Assembly (NCBI GenBank): GCA_963678065.2
Contig: CAXXVZ010000005.1
Span: 224,001 to 288,000 of the forward strand
DNA from: Treponemataceae bacterium
GTDB lineage: Bacteria > Spirochaetota > Spirochaetia > Treponematales > Rectinemataceae
Direction: 5' to 3'
DNA length: 64,000 nt
The notes beneath the pieces were generated by a model. That model was not told the origin of the DNA. It searched no databases and saw only the letters and a program-made list of their open reading frames with translations. Both the position numbers and the translations under genes were made by a program. Of this stretch, positions 19,805 to 28,273 are shown one piece after another; within the stretch, counting starts at the first letter, position 1, and the number at the start of each line of letters is the position of its first letter.

Positions 19805-19874
19805 GGCTGACAACCGTTCCAACTGGACATCGGGCACGCATTCACGGCCCTTGTCAGTTAAGTGTATATTAGCT
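19805..19874 (+). repeat. attC-like site (complete; altered core)
   Basis: GGCTGAC-aacc-GTTCCAAC-tggaca..gggc...gccc.tgtca-GTTAAGT-gtat-ATTAGCT, then tGACGCTGCGCGC. Confidence 0.78.
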
Positions 19875-19917
19875 TGACGCTGCGCGCGTAATTAGCAGCA
19901 AAACGGGGAGATAACTG

Positions 19918-20700
19918 ATGCAACAGACCATTGAGTATAAAAGGGGAAATATTCTTTCGTACACAGAGTATGGTGAAAAAGAAGGATATCCTATTCTCGT
20001 ACAGCACGGATTAATAGCAAGCATCAGCGATTATTGTCTATTTGACAGCCTTATCAGGGCCGGGATACGTTTAATCTGTATTGCACGTCCGGGATATGGA
20101 GAATCATCGCCATACAGCATGGCCAATATGGCTGAATGGGGTGATATAGTTTCTGCCCTTGTTGATGAACTCAAACTCCCATATTTTGACATATTAGGCA
20201 TGTCATCGGGAGCGCCATACAGCTATTCGATAGGCTATAAACTTCCAGACAAAGTCAGAAACATATTTATTTTCAGCGGCATTCCCGCATTGTATGATGA
20301 TAATGTTCTTGCAGTCTGGCCATACGGGATAAAAAAGAGTGCAACAATTATTGAACTTGAAAAGCTGGCAAATGACCTGGTTTTTTCAAATATATCACAA
20401 GAGGCATTACTGCATGACGATATCAAGGATTCAATGAAGAATGATTGTTTCGGAATTGCACTGGATTTTAAATTGCGGTGCAATAGTTGGGGATTTCTTT
20501 TATCCGATGTAAAAGAAAAAGTATATATGCAACACAGTAAAACAGATAATCAGGTACCATTTGCCACAGCAGAAATTACATCGAAATTATTACCGAATTG
20601 TCGATTTGATATAAGAGAAAATGGAGAGCATTTTTCAGGAGAAATACTCGATACTTTTATAAAAACAACGATGCTCCATCATTATCTTAAAATAAGATGA
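19918..20700 (+). CDS. Alpha/beta hydrolase
   Basis: HG, IARPGYGES, GMSSGA nucleophile elbow, D.QVP, GEHF. Confidence 0.88.
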   Translation: MQQTIEYKRGNILSYTEYGEKEGYPILVQHGLIASISDYCLFDSLIRAGIRLICIARPGYGESSPYSMANMAEWGDIVSALVDELKLPYFDILGMSSGAPYSYSIGYKLPDKVRNIFIFSGIPALYDDNVLAVWPYGIKKSATIIELEKLANDLVFSNISQEALLHDDIKDSMKNDCFGIALDFKLRCNSWGFLLSDVKEKVYMQHSKTDNQVPFATAEITSKLLPNCRFDIRENGEHFSGEILDTFIKTTMLHHYLKIR

Positions 20701-20749
20701 TAAATGCTACGCTGCAATAAAAGACAGGAGATATGTTTATGGAACATGG

Positions 20750-20814
20750 ATCTAGCAACGAGTCGGGACTGATTCGACGGACAGGCCACCTCACAGTTCG
20801 ACTCAATGGCAGAT
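20750..20814 (+). repeat. attC-like site (complete; altered core)
   Basis: ATCTAGC-aac-GAGTCGGGACTGA...TCAcAGTTCGACTC-aat-GGCAGAT; the arms pair with an extrahelical base. Confidence 0.7.
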
Positions 20815-20835
20815 AGACCCTTCAGGCGAGAGAAG

Positions 20836-21417
20836 ATGAATATATTCAGATTTAGCTATCGAAGAACAAATTGCTATCTCATCAGAGGAAATGAAAATCG
20901 ACTTATCGCGTTTGATGCTGGGTGGCCCTGTTCCTATTTTGAATATGCCAAGGAAATAAAGAGTACTGGTTTCAATATAGATCAAATAGAATCGGCAATA
21001 GTAAGCCATTTTCATATTGATCATGCCGGCTTGTTTGGTGAAATGATCAGCAAAGGTATTGCCTGCATTATTTTCGAAAATCAACTAACACAAATTGACG
21101 AAATGGAACGGATGATCCTCAAGAAACAAAAAGAATACAAAATGATTGATAAGACAAAATTGATTAGGGTAAAGACTGAAGAATCAAGAAAATGGTTCTT
21201 AAATCTCGGAATTGAGGGAGAGGTCATTAAGACCTTAGGACATTCGGTTGATAGTATTTCCTTTGTCTCTGATGAAGGAATTGCACTAATTGGAGATCTT
21301 CACGCTGAAGACCAAATCATGAGTGATGATTTAGAAAGTATACATAGTTGGGAATTGATAAGAAATAAAGGAGCGAAACTAGCCTGTCCAGCTCATGGAA
21401 ATGAATACATGCTTTGA
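20836..21417 (+). CDS. MBL-fold metallohydrolase
   Basis: TNCYLI, FDAGW, SHFHIDHAG, GHSVDS, IGDL, PAHG. Confidence 0.88.
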   Translation: MNIFRFSYRRTNCYLIRGNENRLIAFDAGWPCSYFEYAKEIKSTGFNIDQIESAIVSHFHIDHAGLFGEMISKGIACIIFENQLTQIDEMERMILKKQKEYKMIDKTKLIRVKTEESRKWFLNLGIEGEVIKTLGHSVDSISFVSDEGIALIGDLHAEDQIMSDDLESIHSWELIRNKGAKLACPAHGNEYML

Positions 21418-21422
21418 AAAAA

Positions 21423-21482
21423 ATCCGACGACAGCTTCAACCGGATTCGGCTATGTCGCCGTTTTTGCGATGTGCAAAGCGG
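21423..21482 (+). repeat. attC-like left part (long type, truncated)
   Basis: ATCCGAC-gaca-GCTTCAAC-cggattcggctatgtc...; resembles the site at 24256. Confidence 0.6.
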
Positions 21483-21518
21483 AAGGGGAAAGACCGGGTA
21501 GAAAAGGAGGAATAGCAC

Positions 21519-21917
21519 ATGTATTCTACAGATTATACGAATACGTTCATTGAAGTAGCAGAAGACTGCAAAGCAGAATGCGGGAAGATACCGCCAGAAA
21601 AAAAAGACAGAACGATCGCTAGAATGCAATATGACATGCTGAAAAACAACCCGTACAAGTTTACATCCGATGAAGTTATATTTTCTGTCTATGCAGAAAA
21701 AAATGACATTGAAAAAACGGAACTCGAGAAGATAGAGTTTTTTTCAAAAGGACAGGCGTGCCTTCGTTCATCTCCATTGGGGAAAACATACGGGTGGGGA
21801 ATTCACTACAATGACAAATCAAAAATAGCAATATATGCGATGGAGTCGGGCGAATACAGAAGATTCAAAAATGATACCAGTCTAAAACATATTAAAGCAA
21901 TGAAAAGCTCAAGATAG
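21519..21917 (+). CDS. Conserved hypothetical protein (DUF6157-like)
   Basis: Y.NTFIEVAEDC, FFSKGQACLRSSPLGKTYGWGIH; AGGAGG RBS. Confidence 0.75.
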   Translation: MYSTDYTNTFIEVAEDCKAECGKIPPEKKDRTIARMQYDMLKNNPYKFTSDEVIFSVYAEKNDIEKTELEKIEFFSKGQACLRSSPLGKTYGWGIHYNDKSKIAIYAMESGEYRRFKNDTSLKHIKAMKSSR

Positions 21918-22010
21918 AGCATTGAAAATGCTTCTCAATGGGAATATATCTTGTTTCTCTACGATGTGCTTCATTCTTGTATATCGGAATGCTATCTTGA
22001 GGGGTGGTCA

Positions 22011-22694
22011 ATGCTTAGGCTAGATGATGAACTATTTGTCATAGAAAACATTGGCACAGCTAATATCTTTTGTGTTGGCTCGAAAAAAGATTTCATATTA
22101 ATAGATGCAGGCATATTTATGAAAACAAAATATCTCATTGAAGAACTGAAAAATAATGGTTACAAGCTTGAAAATATGAAATTGATAATGCTAACACATT
22201 GTCATTGTGATCATATTGGAGGAGTAAAAGAATTAGTTATGGGTTCGGATGCGAAAGTTGCCGCTCATGAGAAAGATATACCGTATATTCTTCAAGAAGA
22301 TGTTATTGCTGGATCATACAGAGGGATGATGATCGAAGAACAAAAAGTCATGAAACAATTGAATTGTGTGGTTCCAAAAGTCGATATCGTACTTCAAGAT
22401 AATATGGACATCGAGAATTGTAGAGTAATAAACGTTCCCGGGCACACACCAGGAAGTATTGCTTTATATCAAAAAGATAAAAAATATATGTTCTTTGGTG
22501 ATGTCATAAGGGAAAGCAACAAAAATGGTCTATCGATTGGGAAACCTGAAAAATTCAATTATAACACCGAGCAGGTAAACCGTGATGCAAAAAAACTACT
22601 TTCATATGACTTCTCTTTTGGTTTGTTGAGTCATGGGAAAGCATACATCGGAAAAGACATCGAAATATTGAAAAGACTCGGAACCAATGCCTGA
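22011..22694 (+). CDS. MBL-fold metallohydrolase
   Basis: LIDAG, THCHCDHIGG, PGHTPGS, FGDV, SHG. Confidence 0.9.
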   Translation: MLRLDDELFVIENIGTANIFCVGSKKDFILIDAGIFMKTKYLIEELKNNGYKLENMKLIMLTHCHCDHIGGVKELVMGSDAKVAAHEKDIPYILQEDVIAGSYRGMMIEEQKVMKQLNCVVPKVDIVLQDNMDIENCRVINVPGHTPGSIALYQKDKKYMFFGDVIRESNKNGLSIGKPEKFNYNTEQVNRDAKKLLSYDFSFGLLSHGKAYIGKDIEILKRLGTNA

Positions 22695-22745
22695 CAATCG
22701 CTTCAATCCGACATCGCGGACAGGCCGCGTCGAGCGATGAGTGTA
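22689..22745 (+). repeat. attC-like site (right end eroded)
   Basis: GCCTGAC-aatc-GCTTCAAT-ccgaca-tcgCGGACAGGCCGc-GTCGAGC. Confidence 0.65.
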
Positions 22746-22775
22746 CAGGAAAGCATAAATGAGGAAGAATGAATC

Positions 22776-22907
22776 ATGAAGATAGAAACAGTGAAGACAG
22801 TCAAAGGCGAACTTTCGCACTGCATTATGGATGAAAATGAAATTGTCTGCACTATTTCAGAGTTTCTTGATTTGATCAGGGGTAGTGATGATGGTTTCAG
22901 GAGATGA
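22776..22907 (+). pseudogene. Truncated 43-codon cassette remnant (possibly a DUF4180-like N-terminus)
   Basis: ATG 22776, MKIETVKTVKGELSHCIMDENEIVCTISEFLDLI..., stopping inside the next ORF. Confidence 0.4.
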
Positions 22908-23538
22908 AGTCGCAAAGAAAGACTTTGATAGGAATGGTATTGTCAAGAGAATACTGGAAAATGAAGAAGCCCGAGATTGTATCATCAGTTTATTGCGAAA
23001 TGACCACAATATCATGGTCTACTACCACTGCTATTACATCTTGCAGGATGCAACAAGTATTGAGCCAAAAAAGTTTATGAAGTATTGGAGCACATTTTCG
23101 GAACTCCTTAAGCACAAGAATTCATACCATCGCGATATAGCTACCACATTATTGGCAAACATCATCAGTGCAGACGTAAATAATGGTTTTGATGAAATCA
23201 TCAGTGACTATTTGCGTATAGCTTATGACGAGAAATACATGACTGGCGCTTGTTGTGTCAGAAATCTGGGAAAGATACTTTGTACGAGAAATGACAAGAC
23301 AGAATATGTATTCAATTTTTTGATCAAACATGAAGAGCACAGCAAATACTCTGAAAAACAGGAAGAATTGCTTAAATGTGAAATTGTTGCAATATTTGAT
23401 CAAATCTTTGAAAGATTGAGTATGGAAAATAAAGAAAGAGCGGCGATGTTTATCAGAAGATGTTCAAAATCGATTAGTCCAAAGACAAGGAAGATAAGTA
23501 ATGAAATAATGAAGAAAAGAAAACTAATAACCGTTTAA
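22885..23538 (+). CDS. Helical-repeat (HEAT-like) hypothetical protein, probably 5'-truncated
   Basis: 217-aa ORF with a weak GTG start; LLKHKNSYHR..A..LLAN pattern. Confidence 0.6.
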   Translation: MMMVSGDEVAKKDFDRNGIVKRILENEEARDCIISLLRNDHNIMVYYHCYYILQDATSIEPKKFMKYWSTFSELLKHKNSYHRDIATTLLANIISADVNNGFDEIISDYLRIAYDEKYMTGACCVRNLGKILCTRNDKTEYVFNFLIKHEEHSKYSEKQEELLKCEIVAIFDQIFERLSMENKERAAMFIRRCSKSISPKTRKISNEIMKKRKLITV

Positions 23539-23544
23539 CCTGAA
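23522..23544 (+). repeat. attC-like left half only
   Basis: AACTAAT-aacc-GTTTAAC-ctga. Confidence 0.45.
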
Positions 23545-23562
23545 TCAAGGCGTGTACGCAAA

Positions 23563-24243
23563 ATGAATAAACAGACTTTTTCAGTCATCGAAAAGTATAT
23601 GCGAAAGTGTATGAACGATGGAGCGCATGATGAACAACACATTTATCGTGTCCTGTATTCTGCGCTGGATATAGCATCTCAATATGTTGTCAATATGGAT
23701 GTAATACTTGCAGCTGCGCTGCTACATGACATAGGAAGAGAGTCCCAATTGCATGATTCAAAACTTGATCATGCAATTGTAGGTTCTGAAATGGCCTATG
23801 AGTACTTAAAGGGCATGAAATGGTCAGAAGAAAATGCGCAACATGTAAAAGACTGCATTCGCACTCATCGATACAGAAACAACGAAGAACCAAAAACCAT
23901 AGAGGCAAAAATACTATACGACGCTGATAAACTTGATGCCACTGGAACTTTAGGAATTGCCCGCACTATAGCATACAAAGGAATAGTATCGGAGCCACTT
24001 TATTCAATAGACGAATTTGGAAATGTGCTTGATGGAAGTATCGATAGCTCTCCGTCATTTTTCCAGGAATACAACTGGAAATTGAAGAAAATATATGAAA
24101 ATTTTTATACGAATAAAGCGGCACAAATTGCGGAAGCGCGAAGGAAGGCAAGTATTGATTTTTATCAAAGTATGCTTGAAGAGGTGAAGCATACGCATAT
24201 CATTGGAAAAGAAAGATTGGGAAGTGTTTTGCAAGAAAAGTGA
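23563..24243 (+). CDS. HD-domain phosphohydrolase
   Basis: AHD..HIYRV, ALLHDIGR, HRYR, LYDADKLDA.G..GIAR. Confidence 0.92.
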   Translation: MNKQTFSVIEKYMRKCMNDGAHDEQHIYRVLYSALDIASQYVVNMDVILAAALLHDIGRESQLHDSKLDHAIVGSEMAYEYLKGMKWSEENAQHVKDCIRTHRYRNNEEPKTIEAKILYDADKLDATGTLGIARTIAYKGIVSEPLYSIDEFGNVLDGSIDSSPSFFQEYNWKLKKIYENFYTNKAAQIAEARRKASIDFYQSMLEEVKHTHIIGKERLGSVLQEK

Positions 24244-24255
24244 AAACATAAAAAA

Positions 24256-24301
24256 TGCTGGCAATCGCTTCAACAGGACCCGGCTATTGTCATGAATTTT
24301 G
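24256..24301 (+). repeat. attC-like left part (long type, truncated)
   Basis: TGCTGGC-aatc-GCTTCAAC-aggacccggctattgtca. Confidence 0.62.
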
Positions 24302-24384
24302 AAGACTAAAAAGATGCGCAGCCATGGTAACATGAAGAATATTCATTTGCTGGAGAACGTAGAAAGATACGCCTGGAGGATTTC

Positions 24385-25347
24385 ATGAAAAGAATAGTGT
24401 TTTCCCCTCTTTCTTTGCTTTTATTTATGTCCTGTACGTCAATAACCGCAGCAACGGATAAGGCGGCCTCATTTTCCTTCACGGAAATCAAAAACCAGAG
24501 TAGTACGAGTCTGATCGATTGCGTATTCATTAAGTCTACGGATGGGACAAAGCTTGCGTATTACCCCTACATTGCACGAAATCCCATTGCATCCTTGGTT
24601 TTCGTGCATGGCGGCGGCGCTTACAGTGGTGCTGGTTATCAATACTTGGCAGCAAGTCTCGCCGGGAAATATAATGTCAATGTATATTTGATCGATATTC
24701 GAGGCCATGGGAATTCAGAAGGCCCTAGGGGTGACAGCCCTTCGGCCCGGCAGGTATACAGCGATATAGAAGTAATCGTAAAACAGGTCGAAAAAGAAAA
24801 TCTAAAACTGCCGGTATTCCTCGGTGGACATTCGTCTGGAGCAGGGCTGGTATTAAACTATACCTCTCATGTGCAAGATGAAAGTATCAGTGGATACTTC
24901 TTTCTGTCGCCATTTTGGGGCTATAAATCAAAGACTGACAGGGCAAACAGCATAAGTTTTTCGGATGTAAAAGTTCCTCTGTTTGTTCTCAATGGCATGA
25001 GCTTCGGATTGCTGTTCGGGCACTCCAAGGCTGTATTCTTCAATTATCCGAAGGAAGTACTCCAGTCTCAGCCGCTTCTTATCCCATCCATCACTGTAAA
25101 CTTATCACTTGCTCTTACCCCGAATAATCCGGTGGACCAATTTCGAAAAATAAACAAACCCTTTGGATTATTTATCGGTGCTGACGATGAACTGTTGGAT
25201 TCGGGAAAAGTAATGGCATATGCAGGGCTTCCTGTACTCGATATTGTCCGCAAATCAACCTATCAGGTGGTGGAAAATGAAAACCATTTATCCATTCTGA
25301 TGGTTGCCGACCGTCTGATCGGTGAAGCCATTTTTAGAAGGCAATAA
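24385..25347 (+). CDS. Alpha/beta hydrolase (lysophospholipase-like), probable lipoprotein
   Basis: LLLFMS-C signal, HGGG, DIRGHGNSEGPRGD, GHSSGA. Confidence 0.88.
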   Translation: MKRIVFSPLSLLLFMSCTSITAATDKAASFSFTEIKNQSSTSLIDCVFIKSTDGTKLAYYPYIARNPIASLVFVHGGGAYSGAGYQYLAASLAGKYNVNVYLIDIRGHGNSEGPRGDSPSARQVYSDIEVIVKQVEKENLKLPVFLGGHSSGAGLVLNYTSHVQDESISGYFFLSPFWGYKSKTDRANSISFSDVKVPLFVLNGMSFGLLFGHSKAVFFNYPKEVLQSQPLLIPSITVNLSLALTPNNPVDQFRKINKPFGLFIGADDELLDSGKVMAYAGLPVLDIVRKSTYQVVENENHLSILMVADRLIGEAIFRRQ

Positions 25348-25374
25348 AAGGGAGCGGCGAAACGAGCCGCTCCC
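25346..25374 (-). terminator. Intrinsic terminator at the oppA/array junction
   Basis: GGGAGCGGC-7-GCCGCTCCC with a T-run on the minus strand. Confidence 0.6.
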
Positions 25375-25446
25375 CGACAACGAATGTTGATACAACGTTT
25401 GTGGCGCTGAATAGCGTCAACGATCTGGCGCTGATCCCTCGCGCGA

Positions 25447-27057
25447 TCAGGGCTTCAGGGACGCGTAGACGAAATCATACACGGCGCCGATGAGGGGCCT
25501 CGAGAGTCCGACGAGTTTGGGGCTGTCGATGGACACTTTGCGCCTGAGCTGGAGGGGGATGAGGGGCGCGTCGGTGAGGAGTGTCTTCTCGGCCTGGAAG
25601 AGCATGTTCATGCGCTTGGCGGGATTGCTCTCCTTGAGAGCATCGCCCACGAACTTGTCGAAGGCGGGGCTCGAGTATCCGGAATTGTTCTGCGAGCTGT
25701 CGCCGAGCCAGATCTCCATGTAGGTCATGGGATCGTCGTAGTCGGGCATCCAGCCGCCGTAGACCATGTCGTACTGGTGCTGCTGCTCCATCTGGGTCCT
25801 CTGCTTGCGGGGGACGAGCTTGATCGTGAAATGGATGCCGAGGTTCTTCTCGACTTGCTGCTGAAGGGTTTCAGCCATGAGTCTCGTCTCTTCGAGATCC
25901 TGGATGAGGTACTCGACGGAGATCCTGGAGGGCGAGTCGATCTTGAGCTCGGCGAGGGCTTTGGCGAGGTATTCTTTGGCCTTGGCCGGATCACCTTTGG
26001 CAGTGTAGAAGTCGAGGGGGTACTCCTCTCCGTAGTGTTTGCTCACACCCATGACGATGGGCAGGACATACCGGAGTGCGGGCGTGTAGAGACCCTTGGT
26101 CGAGATATTGCAGTAGGATTCGCGGTCGATCGCCCAGCCGAGGGCCTTGCGGAAGTCGGCGTTCGCGAGCCAGGGCTTCTCGGGATTGGGCTTCACGTTG
26201 ATCTTGATGAAGTCGTCGGCGCCGTTGAAGAAGGGTTTGGCCTTCTGCTCGTACTGCTTGAAGAGGTTGGAGGGCACGTCCACGAAATCGAGTTCGCCGT
26301 TCTCGAACATCGAGAGGGCCGTGGTAGGATCGCTGATCTGGAGTATCTCGACGGCGTCGAGCTTGATCGCATCGCGATTCCAGTAGGCAGGATTCTTCAC
26401 GAGGTACTTGCTCTGCTCGTTCTTCCACTCCTTGAGGATGAAGGGGCCGTTGTACACGGCCTTGTCCGCCGAAGTGGCGTAACTTTCGCCGTACTTTTCG
26501 GCGATGTCCTTGCGGGTCGGCGCGAAGCAGTAGGCGCCGAGATATCCGATGAAGTAGGCGGTGGGGTTGTTGAGCGAAATCACGAGCTTCTTGGCGTCGA
26601 CGGCCTTTACGCCCACCGCGTCGGCGTTGGCGGTCTTCCCGAGATTGTAATTTTCTGCGCCCTTGATGTAGTAGGCCGCGAAGGCATACTCGGCGGCGGT
26701 CTTGGGATCGAGCAGCCGCTTGATGCCGTACTCGAAATCGTAGGCGGTGACCGGTTTCCCGTCGCTCCACTTCGCGTCGCGGAGTTCGAAGGTAAGGGTT
26801 TTCCCGTCGGATGAGGTGGTCCAGCTCTTGGCCATGCCGGGAGTCACCTTGCCGTCGACAGTGCGGATGAGCCCTTCGAAGAGGGCGTTGCCGACGGTAA
26901 AGCTGGGCGCCGCGTTGCTCTTCTGGGGATCGAGGGCGGGGATCTCCGAATCCATCGAGAACACCAGGGTGTTCTTGGGGCCGGCGAAGACCGGTGTGGC
27001 GAAAATCGCCAAACAGCAGAGAATGGCGCCGAGAACGATCGCTTGTCGATGCTTCAT
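25447..27057 (-). CDS. oppA: Oligopeptide ABC substrate-binding protein
   Basis: LDP, LFEGL, AKWSDGKPVTA.DF, YNGPF, W.PDY.DP.TY. Confidence 0.92.
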   Translation of the reverse strand: MKHRQAIVLGAILCCLAIFATPVFAGPKNTLVFSMDSEIPALDPQKSNAAPSFTVGNALFEGLIRTVDGKVTPGMAKSWTTSSDGKTLTFELRDAKWSDGKPVTAYDFEYGIKRLLDPKTAAEYAFAAYYIKGAENYNLGKTANADAVGVKAVDAKKLVISLNNPTAYFIGYLGAYCFAPTRKDIAEKYGESYATSADKAVYNGPFILKEWKNEQSKYLVKNPAYWNRDAIKLDAVEILQISDPTTALSMFENGELDFVDVPSNLFKQYEQKAKPFFNGADDFIKINVKPNPEKPWLANADFRKALGWAIDRESYCNISTKGLYTPALRYVLPIVMGVSKHYGEEYPLDFYTAKGDPAKAKEYLAKALAELKIDSPSRISVEYLIQDLEETRLMAETLQQQVEKNLGIHFTIKLVPRKQRTQMEQQHQYDMVYGGWMPDYDDPMTYMEIWLGDSSQNNSGYSSPAFDKFVGDALKESNPAKRMNMLFQAEKTLLTDAPLIPLQLRRKVSIDSPKLVGLSRPLIGAVYDFVYASLKP

Positions 27058-27138
27058 TCAATACCTCCATTTCCTTCATCGCCGCCCTTGGGCGGCTAAT
27101 TCGACCTATGTAAAATCGAGCCTCAAGGACTCGCAGTC

Positions 27139-28242
27139 TCAGATTTCGAGGAGCCTGTCCTTCGGGAAACGCGTCAGGCACTCCGGACCGGAATCGCGGA
27201 TGAGCACTGTGTCTTCGATCCTGACGCCGCCCCAGCCGGGGATGTAGATGCCGGGCTCGCAGGTGATGACCATCCCCTGGGCGAGACTCTCCTCGCACCT
27301 GCGCGACATGAAGGGCAACTCGTGAATCTCGAGGCCGACGCCGTGGCCGACGCCGTACCCGAACTCGGGATAGCCCGAAGCCCTGATAGAGTCGCGGCAG
27401 ACGGCGTCGGGGAGCTTGCCCGAGGCGCTCACGGCCATCGCCTCGACGCCGCGGAGCTGGGACTCGAGTACCGTCCTGTAGACTTTCTTCTGCTCCGCGC
27501 TCGCCGCGCCGAAGACTACGGTCCGCGTTATGTCCGAACGGTATCCCTCGACGAGGACGCCGAAATCGAGGAGGATGAAGTCGCCGCGCCGCAACTTCGA
27601 ATCGCCTCGGGGCACAGCGTGGGGGAGCGAGGCCCGGGCGCCGAAGGCGGCTATCGTGGGGAAGCCTGCACCCTCACCGCCCGAGGCCGCGATGCGAGAT
27701 TCCAGTTCGCGGGCGAGATCGAGCTCAGACATGCCCTCGCAAAGGATTCCGAGCGTCGATTCCAGCGCGGCGTCCGTGATGGCGCAGGCCTTCCGGATGA
27801 GCGCGAGCTCGGCCTCGTCCTTCAGCATCCGGAGTCGCTCCACGATGTTCTCGGTCGGGGCAAGCTCGATTCCGCCGCTCCTCTCGACCTGAATCCGGAT
27901 GGCGTCGTACTGGGCGAAGGAGAGCTTGGCCTTCTCGAAGCCGATGCGCTTCAGCCCCGCCTCCGACGCGAGGCGCGCGATGACCTCGTCGTAGGGCGGG
28001 CAGGGGTCGCGGTGCTGCACCACCATCGCGGTCACGCACTCGCCCTGCGCCTGCTCCGTGTAGCGGGAATCGGCGATGAGCCAGCTGCCTTTGCCCGAGG
28101 CGAGGAGATAGCACTCGCTGCCCGTGTAGCCCTCGAGGAATCGCTGGTTGGCGTCGCGCGTGATGAGAAGCGCGTCGAGCCCGGCATCGGCGAGTGAGCT
28201 CCGGAGGCGGTCGGATCTGGTCGGTCCTTCACTCATGTTCAT
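27139..28242 (-). CDS. M24 Xaa-Pro aminopeptidase/dipeptidase
   Basis: LPHA, LDFG...GYRSDITRT, GHGVGLEIHE, EPGIY..GWGGVRIED. Confidence 0.92.
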   Translation of the reverse strand: MNMSEGPTRSDRLRSSLADAGLDALLITRDANQRFLEGYTGSECYLLASGKGSWLIADSRYTEQAQGECVTAMVVQHRDPCPPYDEVIARLASEAGLKRIGFEKAKLSFAQYDAIRIQVERSGGIELAPTENIVERLRMLKDEAELALIRKACAITDAALESTLGILCEGMSELDLARELESRIAASGGEGAGFPTIAAFGARASLPHAVPRGDSKLRRGDFILLDFGVLVEGYRSDITRTVVFGAASAEQKKVYRTVLESQLRGVEAMAVSASGKLPDAVCRDSIRASGYPEFGYGVGHGVGLEIHELPFMSRRCEESLAQGMVITCEPGIYIPGWGGVRIEDTVLIRDSGPECLTRFPKDRLLEI

Positions 28243-28273
28243 TGTCGCTGTACCTCGCTTCAAGCGTTTTCGT

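Larger units (their letters stand above)
17972..19810 (+). pseudogene. def: Peptide deformylase cassette interrupted by an IS
   Basis: MKALKIVRFGDISLRKRTKKVTVFN (17972-18046) rejoins in frame to KHLHETIDRM...GAALAANQVG...EGCLS...QHEIDHLDG once the IS and one TAA copy are removed (175 aa). Confidence 0.9.
10377..25347 (+). mobile_element. Degenerate integron cassette array without an integrase (CALIN-like)
   Basis: AT-rich block of co-oriented, unrelated genes with at least 10 whole or partial attC-like sites between them; no tyrosine recombinase ORF in the window. Confidence 0.8.

Noticed and set aside
20836..22694. MBL-fold genes as beta-lactamases
   Set aside because: No signal peptides; the motifs fit generic glyoxalase II-like hydrolases.
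10377..25347. Prophage, ICE or CRISPR explanation for the AT-rich block
   Set aside because: No phage, conjugation or cas genes; the repeats are gene-spaced, imperfect and attC-shaped.
25372..25445. Final attC after the last hydrolase (CCCGACAACG...)
   Set aside because: No convincing L''/L'/R' arrangement; better explained as terminator-region hairpins.
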